Below, one piece after another: positions 30,231-40,932 of a stretch of DNA of 64,000 nucleotides; positions within the stretch are counted from its first letter, which is position 1, and every line of letters starts with the position of its first letter. This DNA comes from Candidatus Hermodarchaeota archaeon (GTDB lineage: Archaea > Asgardarchaeota > Thorarchaeia > Thorarchaeales > Thorarchaeaceae), in assembly GCA_048885865.1 (NCBI GenBank), contig JBHLLF010000005.1, positions 67,547 through 131,546 on the forward strand. The letters run 5' to 3'. The notes beneath the pieces were generated by a model. It searched no databases. It saw nothing but the letters and a program-made list of their open reading frames with translations, and was not told the DNA's origin. Position numbers and translations under genes: made by a program.

Positions 30231-30394
30231 CTGAATCTCACCTCGGGCCACATCTACTTCTCAACATCTACTGGCCCTGAATCCGAAGAGGTCAACTGCC
30301 ACCAAATAGACCTGCACCTGATAAGGCGCAATGATACAGCGCTGACAGACATTCTTTAATTGCGAATCATTTCCCTCAGCCTCGGTGTCATCCC

Positions 30395-31216
30395 TTGACA
30401 GAGGACAGCATCGACATTCCAAGGAGCATCGAAGAGATAGACGATCCAATGGCACGGAAGAGGTTCGAGGAGCTAATCAAAGAGCCTTTTGTCCTGGGAC
30501 TCATGTTATGGGGGAGCCGAGCGACAGGCTTTGGCGCACCCAAGACAGATTGGGACGCATTAGTCTATGTCACAGATGACTATTACATCGGCCTAGAAGT
30601 GAAGAACACGATTTGGCTAGAATTTGACGAGTCTGTCGAGCCGAAGAGATTGGTCATTGACTTCTCTCCAATCTCAGATGCATGGTTTAGACAGCAGCTT
30701 GAGTCTCCTCTAGATATTGACCATTCTCCCTATGCCGAAGGGGTTGTGATCTATGACCCCTCAGGTAAGCTGGAGGAATGGAGACAGAAGCTAGCTAGGT
30801 ACCCTGAGGAGGAGCATGAAGAGCGATTGAAGAACAAGTTCGCCCTGGCAGTAGGGTCTTACGGTGCTGGCCGAATCGACAACGACAGAGGGTTCACACA
30901 TGACTCCAAGCTGAACCTGTATCGCTCAATTGTTGCTGCAGTCAACCTCTGGTTCACCATAAAGAAGTCGTGGACCCCTCCTTTGAAGTGGTGGACTCCA
31001 CATGCAAAACGACTCGGAATTACCGATGAAACCTACACGATATTCTGCGATGCAATAGACAATCCATCCGTTGAAACTGTAGGCGCTGTTCTGAAGCATC
31101 TTAGAGAGATGATCCTTGCAGATGGCTACGGGTTCCCAAATGACTTTGTTACTGCATTCCTAGAAACCATCCACGTGGATGGACGACCCGGACAGATTCG
31201 ACATAGCTACATGTGA
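30395..31216 (+). CDS. Pol-beta-like nucleotidyltransferase with helical C-terminal domain (DUF4037-like)
   Basis: WGSRATG....DWD motif; IYDPSG; PPLKW. Confidence 0.7.
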   Translation: MTEDSIDIPRSIEEIDDPMARKRFEELIKEPFVLGLMLWGSRATGFGAPKTDWDALVYVTDDYYIGLEVKNTIWLEFDESVEPKRLVIDFSPISDAWFRQQLESPLDIDHSPYAEGVVIYDPSGKLEEWRQKLARYPEEEHEERLKNKFALAVGSYGAGRIDNDRGFTHDSKLNLYRSIVAAVNLWFTIKKSWTPPLKWWTPHAKRLGITDETYTIFCDAIDNPSVETVGAVLKHLREMILADGYGFPNDFVTAFLETIHVDGRPGQIRHSYM

Positions 31217-31219
31217 GTT

Positions 31220-32443
31220 TCAGTGCTGGACCACTCTCTTACCTTCAAGAATCACCAGCTCAACTGAATCAGGATTCTGTAGACGTGCAAGGTCCTTCAA
31301 TGGGTCCAGTCCACTCTCCAACACAAGCAAATCTGCGTATTTGCCAACTTCAATGGTCCCAACATACTTGTCTATGCTAAGCGATTTAGCTGCATTCTTC
31401 GTTCCAGCAACAATCGCATCCATCTCGCTCATTCCACCAAGACGAACCATGAGTTCCATTTCTTCCATCGAGGATGGACCAAATGGAGTGTAAGGCATGC
31501 CAGAGTCTGTCCCCAGGACAATCTCAAGTCCAGCCTTTACGGAATTCCTGAACCCCTCCTCGATGAGTGGAAAGAGTTCCTTCTCCTTTCGAATCATGAA
31601 TTCAGGAAGCTGCCCCTCATCATGATGCTGGAGGGATTCGTAGTAGGTTGTGAGTGTTGGCATGAACTGAGTACCATGTTTTTTGGCCAGTTCAATCGTT
31701 TTCTCAGTCATCGGATGTCCATGAACAATGACATCTACTCCAGATAGTATCGTGTTGACGCCGCCGGGCTCACCATACGTGTGAGCATGGGTTTTCTTGC
31801 CCAACTTGTGCGCCTCTTCTGTTGCAGCCTGCAATTCATCCTGATTGAACTGTGTGGTAAAGCTGTCCTGTCCCTCTGCAGAGATTGCTCCTGTGGCTGC
31901 TAGTTTAATGAAATCGGCTCCGCGACCAAGCTCTTCGCGTGTTGCTCTTCTCACGTCGTCTGGACCATTGGCCTCATTACTCCCGCCATAATCCCCTCTT
32001 CCTGAGGAAATTGTAATCATTCTCCCACAGACTAATAATCGTGGTCCCTTCACATAGCCATTCTTTATTGCGTTCTTCACTGCAAACGGCACTTCACTTC
32101 TTCCTGCAGCATCTCCAGCCGTTGTGACCCCAGCATTCAGCAATTGCTCCGTGAATTTGGCTCCTCGAATAGCTAGGAACTCATCAGAGTGTTTCTTGAT
32201 TTCGGCGGGATCGGGATTGGCCCCATCATGGCATACATGAATGTGTGTATCAATAATCCCCGGCATAATGATACGGTCTGAAAAGTCTAATACTTCAATT
32301 CCAGAACCTGCCACATCAGTACCAATCTTTGCGATCTTGTTCTCTTGAATAACGATGGACACATCTTTTGCCGCAGTCCCATCACCAACAATCACTGTTC
32401 CTGCTTTCAGGAGCCTCTCTTTCATTGATTCATCTCTCCACAA
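31220..32443 (-). CDS. Metal-dependent amidohydrolase (Xaa-Pro dipeptidase-like)
   Basis: PGIIDTHIH, IKL.ATG, AH, LGTDSG, GKYADLLV. Confidence 0.9.
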   Translation of the reverse strand: MWRDESMKERLLKAGTVIVGDGTAAKDVSIVIQENKIAKIGTDVAGSGIEVLDFSDRIIMPGIIDTHIHVCHDGANPDPAEIKKHSDEFLAIRGAKFTEQLLNAGVTTAGDAAGRSEVPFAVKNAIKNGYVKGPRLLVCGRMITISSGRGDYGGSNEANGPDDVRRATREELGRGADFIKLAATGAISAEGQDSFTTQFNQDELQAATEEAHKLGKKTHAHTYGEPGGVNTILSGVDVIVHGHPMTEKTIELAKKHGTQFMPTLTTYYESLQHHDEGQLPEFMIRKEKELFPLIEEGFRNSVKAGLEIVLGTDSGMPYTPFGPSSMEEMELMVRLGGMSEMDAIVAGTKNAAKSLSIDKYVGTIEVGKYADLLVLESGLDPLKDLARLQNPDSVELVILEGKRVVQH

Positions 32444-32551
32444 TATTTCTCACAGTGAAAGGGTGTATTAGCACTTTCCAACTCTGCTGAATTTCCTATT
32501 GCTAAAGACTCATGTGCTTCGCCGCGAAGCTGAATTAGTTGAGGCTGAAGC

Positions 32552-33022
32552 ATGTTGGAAAAAGACCAGAGCATTGATGCATTATCAAAGCGTCTTGAGA
32601 ATGCTTTGGAGAAGAAAGCTGATGAACCCTTGGCAAACGGCACGCTTAATGAGCTATCCGACAGCAGCTACATGGACGCCCTGAGAAGGCCTTCCACTGC
32701 AATCATTGAGTTTTATACCACTACCTGCCCCTATTGCAGGCAGCTTGAACCAATCTTGAACGAGCTTGCCAGTGACTACAAGTCAAAGGTATATTTCGCT
32801 AAGATCAATGTCGACCAAGTCACAGAAGTATCTGAGACCCTTGATGTGGTTGGTGTGCCACTTGTGGTGGCATTCAAGAAAGGTCAGCCTGTGGCAAGAA
32901 TGGAGGGTTTCAGGGATAAAAGCGAATTAGACAGCTGGGTTGAAAGCATTCACAAGGGTTTCAGACCAATGAATCTTGAGTCCGGTCCAGTGACACGAAT
33001 CACTCTTGCTGACCTCTCGTGA
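32552..33022 (+). CDS. Thioredoxin-family protein
   Basis: FYTTTCPYC; FAKINVD; GVP. Confidence 0.88.
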   Translation: MLEKDQSIDALSKRLENALEKKADEPLANGTLNELSDSSYMDALRRPSTAIIEFYTTTCPYCRQLEPILNELASDYKSKVYFAKINVDQVTEVSETLDVVGVPLVVAFKKGQPVARMEGFRDKSELDSWVESIHKGFRPMNLESGPVTRITLADLS

Positions 33023-33026
33023 AACT

Positions 33027-34919
33027 CTAGAGGATCAATTTGAAGACATACTCATTCTCTTGGATATTGGGATAGCTCTCTAAAGTCATCGATAGACCAA
33101 ACTTCTGCAGAAACCTGATCATAGGCTGATTCTTTGGATGCACATAAGCAATGAAGGCCCTCACACCTTTGCTCTTTGCTATTCGCATTAAGTGAGAAAG
33201 CAGGAATGTTCCAATACCCCTCTTTTGGTAGTCATCTTGGATGAGAATGGCAAACTCTGCCTCATTCTTGTGCCAGTCAAGAAGATATCTTCCCGCACCA
33301 ATTATCTTCTCAGTGGTGCCTTCATCATCACAACAGATTGTTGCCACTATGCTGATGTCTCTTGACTGGTCTACATTGTAAAAGTCTTGCAATGTCTGCC
33401 TTTGGAGGCTCTCAAGATGTGTGAGGAATCTGAAGAAGATTGATTCTTCGCTCAGGTCATAGAACAGCTCCTTGATTCTATCCGTGTCATCAGGTCTGAT
33501 CAATCTGAACCGAACATCGATCTCGCCTTCAGGTCCCTCGAAGGTTTCGTGCGCCTCATATTCAAGGGGGAAGTAAGTGCCTTTTACCTGAAACGGGATT
33601 TGGTCTGAGAATACATAACGCATCTCTTTCGCCGCTTCAAGCAGGTCGTTCCGGAACTTGGGATGTGCGATGGCAATGAGCGATAACACACGCTCGCGGA
33701 TAGTCCTTCCTCTGAGAGTTGCCTGTCCATACTCAGTGATAACTACCTCGACGTCACCACGTGTTGTTACTACTCCTGCTCCCTCGCTTAGACGTGGCAC
33801 AATCCTTGAAACAGCGCCATCCAATGCAGTAGATGTCATGCATATGATGGCCTTTCCACCAGGTGACATGGATGCTCCTCTGATGAAGTCCACTTGCCCA
33901 CCGATTCCACTGTAAAACCTGTGACCTATAGAGTCAGAGCACACCTGCCCCGTTAAGTCCACTTCTAAAGCTGAGTTGATAGCCACCATCTTGTGATTTT
34001 GTGCAATAATGGATGGATTGTTGACATACGAAGTTTCTCGAAACTCAAACATCGGGTTATTGTCAACATAGTCATAGAGTTTCTGTGTGCCCATCGCAAA
34101 GCTTGTGGTGATTTTCCCCCTGTTGATACTCTTCCTTTTATTGGTCACAATTCCACTTTCAATCAAATCGATGATGGAATCTCCGAATCGCTCAGTATGA
34201 ATCCCCAGATCCTTCACATCGGATTCCAGCAAATGTTTGACGACAGATCTCTGAAGCCTTCCTATCCCCAGCTCCATAGTTGACTCATTCTCGATTAGCC
34301 TCGCCACATAGCTCCCTATGAGGTCACTCTTCTCATCTGTTTCCTCGGGCGTGTACTCCCTTAATGGTTCATTATGACATACAAGATGGTCAATGTCACG
34401 GATATGAAAGAACGAGTCGCCGTGGGTGACTGGCACATTCTCATTGACCTGAGCAATCACTAAGTCTGCATTTTCGGCGGCTGACCTTGTGATGTCGACC
34501 GATATACCTAGAGAGCAGTACCCATGTTCGTCAGGAGGGCTGACTTGAATCAGAGCTACATCCAATGGAATCCTCTTTGAGCTGAAGAACCTAGGAATGT
34601 CTGAGAGATGAGTGGGAGTGTAGTCCGCTCTGCCCTCGTATACTGCTGATCGTATATTGTCTGAAACAAAGAAGGTATTGTGCCTGAAATGCTCCTGAAA
34701 ATGCGGGTCTGCAGAGGGCGTGTCGCCTAGAGTAATCATATGGATTATCTCATTGTCTGCCATCTTGGGTGCGTTCTTTGCCAGCTCCTGCATTAGATGG
34801 AATGGTACCCCACAGCCAGTCCCAAGGAAGATACGCGTACCTCGCTTGATTTTCTTTATGGCTTGGTCCGCTGACAGCATCTTGTCCTTGTACTTGTCAG
34901 TCCATTCCTCACAGGCCAT
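33027..34919 (-). CDS. Acetyl-CoA hydrolase/transferase family fused to C-terminal GNAT (paralog 1)
   Basis: SGIGGQVDF, GAGVVTTR, HTE; GNAT YQKRGIG. Confidence 0.92.
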   Translation of the reverse strand: MACEEWTDKYKDKMLSADQAIKKIKRGTRIFLGTGCGVPFHLMQELAKNAPKMADNEIIHMITLGDTPSADPHFQEHFRHNTFFVSDNIRSAVYEGRADYTPTHLSDIPRFFSSKRIPLDVALIQVSPPDEHGYCSLGISVDITRSAAENADLVIAQVNENVPVTHGDSFFHIRDIDHLVCHNEPLREYTPEETDEKSDLIGSYVARLIENESTMELGIGRLQRSVVKHLLESDVKDLGIHTERFGDSIIDLIESGIVTNKRKSINRGKITTSFAMGTQKLYDYVDNNPMFEFRETSYVNNPSIIAQNHKMVAINSALEVDLTGQVCSDSIGHRFYSGIGGQVDFIRGASMSPGGKAIICMTSTALDGAVSRIVPRLSEGAGVVTTRGDVEVVITEYGQATLRGRTIRERVLSLIAIAHPKFRNDLLEAAKEMRYVFSDQIPFQVKGTYFPLEYEAHETFEGPEGEIDVRFRLIRPDDTDRIKELFYDLSEESIFFRFLTHLESLQRQTLQDFYNVDQSRDISIVATICCDDEGTTEKIIGAGRYLLDWHKNEAEFAILIQDDYQKRGIGTFLLSHLMRIAKSKGVRAFIAYVHPKNQPMIRFLQKFGLSMTLESYPNIQENEYVFKLIL

Positions 34920-34990
34920 GCATCTCGCCTCTAAATTGCTGGCTTCAAGGTCTTATGGGGCATATAGAGATTTCCAACAGGCTAAGGAGA

Positions 34991-36895
34991 TTAGAGTTTG
35001 AGCTTGAAGGTATACTCGTCGTCCTGAATGCTCAGATGGCTCTCAACTATCTTGCCTGTCTTATGCAGGAATCTAATCATAGGCTGATTCTTCGGGTGCA
35101 CAAAAGCAACAAAGGCCTCTACGCCTTTGCTCTTGGCAATCCTCATCAGATGAGTTAGCATGAAACTCCCAATTCCAATTCCTTGATACTCATCTCGAAC
35201 AAGAAGTGCAAACTCAGCCTCATTGGTGCTTCTATTGAGCAAATACCTCCCTGCTCCTATGATTTTCTCTGCTTCACCTTCAGTGTCCGGACTGATAACT
35301 GCCACAATTGAAACATCCCGATCGGCATCTACATCATAGAAGTCTTGCAGGGTGCGTCTGGGTAGACTCCTTAGAGGCGTCAAGAACCTGAAGTATATGC
35401 TCTCTTCTGAGAGGCCATAGAATAGATCTTTTATCCTGTCGGAATCGTCGGGCCGAGTGAGTCTAAAGCGGACATTGATAGGTCCTTCGACACCCTTGAA
35501 CGATTCTTGATACTCATATTCTGTTGGGAAGTAAGTTCCTTTCACTTGAAATGGTACCTGATCCTCGAACACATAGTGCATCTTCTTTGCCGCGTCAAGC
35601 AACTCATTCCTGAAGTCGGGATGTGCAACTGCGATCAGTGACAGCACTCGTTCTCTAATGGTCTTGCCGTGCAATATAGCTAGACCAAACTCAGTTATAA
35701 CGACATCAACATCTCCTCGCGTCGTGACCACGCCTGCTCCTTCACTCAGCCGGGGCACAATCCGTGAAACCTTGCCATCCATGGCTGTTGACTGCATACA
35801 GATAATAGCTTTCCCGCCTGGTGATCTCGACGCTCCACGGATGAAGTCTACTTGTCCACCAATCCCACTGTAGAACTTATGACCAATCGAGTCTGCGCAC
35901 ACCTGACCTGTCAGGTCAATCTCGAGAGCTGAATTGATAGCTATCATCTTTTTGTTCTGACCTATGACATATGGGTCATTGACGTAGGCTGTGTCATGAA
36001 AGTGGAACATTGGATTATTGTTAATGTAGTCGTAAAGTGCCTTTGTTCCCATGGCAAAACTTGCAATGACTTGCCCTTTGTGAATGCTCTTCTTCTTGTT
36101 CGTGACAACTCCACTCTCAATCAGAGGAATTAGACTGTCGCTAAACATCTCAGTGTGGATTCCTAGGTCTTTGACACCAGTTTCTTGCAGATTCTTACAG
36201 ACAGCTTGCGGCAGAGCACCTATTCCTAGCTCCAGAGTAGACTCATTCTCAATGAGTCGAGCTACATAGGAGCCAATCAGGTCTATGGTTTCATCACCTT
36301 CATGTGACTCGAACTCTCTCAGAGGCTCATTGAATGGAACCAGATAATCGATATCTCTGATATCAATGAATGAATCTCCATGGGTGACTGGCATTTTATC
36401 ATTGACTTGAGCTATGACAAGGTCTGCACTCTCTGCAGCGGATTTTGTGATGTCAACCGAGATGCCCAATGAGCTGAACCCATGCTCATCAGGTGGGCTG
36501 ATCTGAATCAATGCAACATCTAGAGGCATTCTCTTGGTCCGAAAGAGACGAGGAATATCAGAGAGCATGATTGGGGAGTAGTCAGCTCGGCCCTCTGAAA
36601 CGGCCTCACGGATGTTCTCTGATACGAAGAAGGTGTTATGCCTGAAATGTGCCTGAAACTTCGGGTCTGCAGAGGGCGTGTCCCCTAGAGTCAACAGATG
36701 GACTATCTCATTGTCTGACATCTGGTTAGCATGAGTTGCTATCTCCTGCACCAGATGGTATGGTACACCACATCCTGTTCCTAGGAAAATGCGAGTCCCT
36801 CTCTTGATCTTCTTGATGGCGTCCCTGGATGAAAGTATCTTCTTCCTGTACTTCTCGTCCCATCTGGCTCCAGACATTGTAATCCCTCTTTTCAA
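34991..36895 (-). CDS. Acetyl-CoA hydrolase/transferase family fused to C-terminal GNAT (paralog 2; start probably ATG at 36877)
   Basis: LGIGALP, HTEMFSD, SGIGGQVDF; GNAT YQGIGIG. Confidence 0.92.
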   Translation of the reverse strand: MKRGITMSGARWDEKYRKKILSSRDAIKKIKRGTRIFLGTGCGVPYHLVQEIATHANQMSDNEIVHLLTLGDTPSADPKFQAHFRHNTFFVSENIREAVSEGRADYSPIMLSDIPRLFRTKRMPLDVALIQISPPDEHGFSSLGISVDITKSAAESADLVIAQVNDKMPVTHGDSFIDIRDIDYLVPFNEPLREFESHEGDETIDLIGSYVARLIENESTLELGIGALPQAVCKNLQETGVKDLGIHTEMFSDSLIPLIESGVVTNKKKSIHKGQVIASFAMGTKALYDYINNNPMFHFHDTAYVNDPYVIGQNKKMIAINSALEIDLTGQVCADSIGHKFYSGIGGQVDFIRGASRSPGGKAIICMQSTAMDGKVSRIVPRLSEGAGVVTTRGDVDVVITEFGLAILHGKTIRERVLSLIAVAHPDFRNELLDAAKKMHYVFEDQVPFQVKGTYFPTEYEYQESFKGVEGPINVRFRLTRPDDSDRIKDLFYGLSEESIYFRFLTPLRSLPRRTLQDFYDVDADRDVSIVAVISPDTEGEAEKIIGAGRYLLNRSTNEAEFALLVRDEYQGIGIGSFMLTHLMRIAKSKGVEAFVAFVHPKNQPMIRFLHKTGKIVESHLSIQDDEYTFKLKL

Positions 36896-37021
36896 CGAGG
36901 CGATGCCGATTATGATTGCATATAGGCGTTTCCAAATACCACATCAACAACCTATTGCCATGTAAGAACCCTTATCAGTTAGTAACCTCGCGCGACGGCA
37001 CAAGACTCGACAATTATTCAG

Positions 37022-38311
37022 GTGAATTCTCTGATGTCTCAAGAAGAGGTTGGAAACAGGAATCTGGTGATTCTTGGTGCAATCATTGTTCAATTATGTC
37101 TAGGTTCAATCTACGCCTGGTCTTTCTTCCAAACAGCACTTAGAGGCGGTGCATATACGTGGTCTGCATTCTTTACCCAGCTACCATTTGCAGCCGGACT
37201 TGCTTCTTTTGCTTTATTCATGATATTTGCGGGAAGATGGCAGGATAGGATTGGTCCACGAAAGGTCGCCACTGTCGGCGGTGTGCTTCTAGGTGCAGGC
37301 TATATTCTGGCTTTCATGGTTGATATAGTAGCAGCTGGTAACGAGATGATTGGAACTCTCTGGCTCATTATCACCTACGGAATCATTGGTGGGGCTGGAA
37401 TTGGTTTTGCTTATGTCTGTCCTATTGCAGCACTTGTAAAGTGGTTCCCAGACAAGAAGGGCACAATCACCGGTATTGCGGTTGCTGGCTTTGGAGGCGG
37501 CGCACTTGTTTTTGGTTACGTTGAAGAGTTCTTGCTTGGTCTGTTCAATGTTCCAACAACTCAACAGGTAGGTTCCCCCTTCCTGATTCTAGGTGTGACC
37601 TATCTTGTTCTGGTGGTTCTTGGTGCTCAGGTCCTTACGAATCCTCCAGAAGGCTGGCTTCCTGCTGGTTATACGCCCCCGGCAACTACCGCTGATGGAA
37701 AGGGTCTAGACATCCTGCCAGGTGAGATGATTAGAACAGCAAGCTTCTGGCTATTATGGCTCATGTTTGTATTTGCAGCCACTGCCGGTCTCATGACACT
37801 CGGAAATGTGAAGAGTGCAGCTTTAGAGGTTGATCCGGTGGGAGGTGCAACATTCGCAGCCGTAATTGTTGGTGTCATGAGTCTACTGAACGCAGCAGGC
37901 AGAATCGTCTGGGGTGCAGTTTCAGACAAACTTGGGCGCGCTAATACCATGGCTACAATGTTCCTAGTTCTAGCCATTGGTATGTTTACATTTGCATACA
38001 TCACAACCTTGGCTGTTGACTGGGTTGCAGTCATGCTCATTGCATCTCTTGTAGGCTTTTGCTTCGGTGGTAACTTCGCACTGTTTCCATCAGCGACTGC
38101 TGACTTCTGGGGCTCAAAGAATGTTGGCAAGAACTATGGTGTGATGTTCACTGCCTACGGTATTGCAGGCATAACCGGCGCTTTCGTCGCTGGTCCAATC
38201 GTTGATGCGACTGGATCCTATTTCATGGCCTTTGTCGTCACTGGCATACTCGCAATCATTGCTGTGATTTTCACAATGGGTCTGAAGTTCATGCGCAAGC
38301 CATCTCAATAA
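37022..38311 (+). CDS. OFA (oxalate:formate antiporter)-family MFS transporter
   Basis: LGSIYAWS, GRWQDRIGP, KWFPDKKG, GRIVWG.VSDKLGR. Confidence 0.92.
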   Translation: MNSLMSQEEVGNRNLVILGAIIVQLCLGSIYAWSFFQTALRGGAYTWSAFFTQLPFAAGLASFALFMIFAGRWQDRIGPRKVATVGGVLLGAGYILAFMVDIVAAGNEMIGTLWLIITYGIIGGAGIGFAYVCPIAALVKWFPDKKGTITGIAVAGFGGGALVFGYVEEFLLGLFNVPTTQQVGSPFLILGVTYLVLVVLGAQVLTNPPEGWLPAGYTPPATTADGKGLDILPGEMIRTASFWLLWLMFVFAATAGLMTLGNVKSAALEVDPVGGATFAAVIVGVMSLLNAAGRIVWGAVSDKLGRANTMATMFLVLAIGMFTFAYITTLAVDWVAVMLIASLVGFCFGGNFALFPSATADFWGSKNVGKNYGVMFTAYGIAGITGAFVAGPIVDATGSYFMAFVVTGILAIIAVIFTMGLKFMRKPSQ

Positions 38312-38328
38312 CACTAACCATACGAATT

Positions 38329-38372
38329 GAGGTCAAGGACATACGTCTTTGACCTCTCTCAGTTTCTTTTTC
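38329..38372 (+). terminator. 12-bp hairpin plus T-rich tract
   Basis: GAGGTCAAGGAC-ATAC-GTCTTTGACCTC then TTTCTTTTT. Confidence 0.6.
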
Positions 38373-38508
38373 CTCAACAGTCTCACGCTTTATTTTCGTG
38401 ATTCGACATTCCGCCAATATCTCTCAAATACGCAACTATTGGCAAATCTTCTTAAGGGTGTGACCTCGCGCGGACAACCAAAGCAACATTGCTTATGGTG
38501 ATAATTCC

Positions 38509-40500
38509 ATGGCTGAAGAGAAGAAGATCACTGTCACGAGCCACGAGGAGCGGCGATTCCCGCCTCCAGAAAGCTTCGTCGAGAAGGCCTATATCAAGAG
38601 CCACGAGGAGCGGATGAAGCTCTGGAAGGAGTCCATCAAGAATCCCGATGAGTTCTGGCTTAAGATTACGAAAGATGAAATCTACTGGAAGAAGGAGCCT
38701 AGCAAGGGATTCGAATGGACGGACGTTGACGACATTCGATTCACATGGTTCGAAGACGGCGTCACAAACATGGCCTACAATTGTCTGGACAAGCATGTAG
38801 AACGGCAGAATGGTGACCAGGTTGCTCTCATCTGGCAGGGTGACCCACTAGATGAGTCCAAAACCTACACCTACAAGGAGCTTCTTAGCGAAGTCAACAA
38901 GGCAGCCAACGTGCTGAAGAACCTCGGTCTGAAGAAAGGCGACACCGTAACTATCTACATGCCAATGATTCCGGAGTTGGCCATCATCATGCTGGCCAGT
39001 GCAAGGATAGGCGCTGTTCACAGCATTGTCTTCGGTGGTTTCACTGCTGACTCATTGAAAGACAGGATTGAGGACTGCCAGAGCAAGCTCCTCATCACAG
39101 CTGATGCTTACTACAGAAATGGCAAGATAGTCCCACAGAAGAAGAATGCCGACAAGGCACTCGAGGACATTTCAATTGTCGAGAAAGTACTCGTTGTGCA
39201 GAGGATGGGAGTTGAGGATACTCCTTGGGATGATTCCAGAGACGTCTGGTACCATGAGGAGTACGCAAAGGTCGATGACAAATGTGAGCCTGAGTGGCTG
39301 AACGCTGAAGACCCGTTATTCATTCTCTACACCTCAGGATCAACTGGCAAGCCAAAGGGCGTTTTGCACACTGTTGGTGGGTACATGACCTATACGACCT
39401 ACACCTTCAAGACAATCTTCGACTGGCACCCCGGCGATGTCTACTGGTGTACTGCTGACATTGGCTGGATCACCGGTCACTCCTACATTGTGTATGGTCC
39501 ACTCTCAGCAGGTGCTACAAGCATGATGTTCGAAGGCACTCCTACGTACCCAGACAACGACCGCTTCTGGCTGGAGGTCGAGCGCTGGAAAGTCAATCAG
39601 TTCTACACTGCTCCCACCGCCATCAGGGCCCTGATGAGGTTTGGTGAGGACCCAGTGAAGAAGCATGACCTGAGTTCGCTCAACCTGCTCGGAACGGTGG
39701 GTGAACCGATCAACCCTGAGGCCTGGATGTGGTACTATGAACAGATTGGCAAGGAGAAGTGCCCAATTGTCGATACCTACTGGCAGACTGAAACCGGCGG
39801 TGTGATATTCACTCCCCTGCCTGGCGCGACTGCTACTATCCCTGGTAGCACAACTCAACCATTCTTCGGTGTGAAACCAGTAATAGTTGATGAGGGTGGG
39901 CAACCGGTTAACGCCAACGAGGGTGGTTACATCTGTATCCGTGAGCCATGGCCTGGTCTGATGAGGACAGTCTACGGAGACCATGAGAGGTTCAAGAACA
40001 CCTACTGGGTGCAGTACAAGGACCCCGACACAGGTCGCCCAATGTACATGACCGGCGACGGTGGCCGCTTCAATGAGGATGGCTACTACTTTGTCATGGG
40101 TCGAATCGACGACGTGCTCAAGGTGTCTGGTCATAGACTTGGTACTGCCGAGATTGAGAGCGCTCTTGTCAAGCATCCTGCAGTCGCAGAGTGCGCTGTA
40201 GTTGGATTCCCGCATGAGATCAAAGGCGAGAGCATCTATGTCTTCGCCACCCTGAAAGTTGGAATTGAGAAGACTGATGCCTTGAAGAAAGAGCTCAGGA
40301 ACCATGTGCGCTCAGAGATTGGTCCAATCGCAACTCCTGAGAAAATCCAGTTCGCTGATGCACTACCAAAGACTCGTTCCGGCAAGATCATGCGCCGGAT
40401 TCTCAAGAGGATTGCAGCAGGTCAGATTGACGACATCGGTGATACCACCACACTGGCAGACCCGACAGTCGTTGAAACCCTAATCAAGGAACGACTGTAG
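38509..40500 (+). CDS. acs: AMP-forming acetyl-CoA synthetase
   Basis: YTSGSTGKPKG, WITGHSY, DTYWQTETGG, PKTRSGKIMRR. Confidence 0.97.
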   Translation: MAEEKKITVTSHEERRFPPPESFVEKAYIKSHEERMKLWKESIKNPDEFWLKITKDEIYWKKEPSKGFEWTDVDDIRFTWFEDGVTNMAYNCLDKHVERQNGDQVALIWQGDPLDESKTYTYKELLSEVNKAANVLKNLGLKKGDTVTIYMPMIPELAIIMLASARIGAVHSIVFGGFTADSLKDRIEDCQSKLLITADAYYRNGKIVPQKKNADKALEDISIVEKVLVVQRMGVEDTPWDDSRDVWYHEEYAKVDDKCEPEWLNAEDPLFILYTSGSTGKPKGVLHTVGGYMTYTTYTFKTIFDWHPGDVYWCTADIGWITGHSYIVYGPLSAGATSMMFEGTPTYPDNDRFWLEVERWKVNQFYTAPTAIRALMRFGEDPVKKHDLSSLNLLGTVGEPINPEAWMWYYEQIGKEKCPIVDTYWQTETGGVIFTPLPGATATIPGSTTQPFFGVKPVIVDEGGQPVNANEGGYICIREPWPGLMRTVYGDHERFKNTYWVQYKDPDTGRPMYMTGDGGRFNEDGYYFVMGRIDDVLKVSGHRLGTAEIESALVKHPAVAECAVVGFPHEIKGESIYVFATLKVGIEKTDALKKELRNHVRSEIGPIATPEKIQFADALPKTRSGKIMRRILKRIAAGQIDDIGDTTTLADPTVVETLIKERL

Positions 40501-40510
40501 TAATTCTGAA

Positions 40511-40545
40511 GAGAGCCCTCGCGAGGGCTCTCGGTTCTCTCTTTT
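40511..40545 (+). terminator. Perfect 22-bp palindrome plus T-rich tract after acs
   Basis: GAGAGCCCTCGCGAGGGCTCTC followed by TCTCTCTTTT. Confidence 0.65.
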
Positions 40546-40670
40546 GGTTCAAGCAATCACATTACTCTGTTCAATATACTATTGGGACTCCTACTCAAAG
40601 TATGTCAGTGGCTGATACAAGAATCTCAAACATGACTTTTCGCTATTGGGTATTCTTGAAAGCACCAATA

Positions 40671-40913
40671 CTAGGGGATATACGGCCATGGTGGTCTGCC
40701 TTTCAAAGCCCAGACAACGAAAATGAGAATCATGACTGAACAGATGAAGACATAGGCCATTATCCCCGGCAAAAATCTAAGTCCTAAGATTAGCCAACCA
40801 AGACAGGATAAAATCAATCCCACAATAAGGAAGACAAGTGCAAGAATCTTGTCAGAGCGCGTAGACATCGGGGGTTCAATCCCATTTCTGTCCATAAGTA
40901 ACTTGCCATTCAC
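40671..40913 (-). CDS. Small two-TM hypothetical protein
   Basis: 80-aa ORF with two hydrophobic helices. Confidence 0.55.
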   Translation of the reverse strand: MNGKLLMDRNGIEPPMSTRSDKILALVFLIVGLILSCLGWLILGLRFLPGIMAYVFICSVMILIFVVWALKGRPPWPYIP

Positions 40914-40932
40914 TGGGCAGGAGTCATTTCTT

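Noticed and set aside
39505-40305. 266-aa antisense ORF
   Set aside because: Shadow of the strongly codon-biased acs gene.
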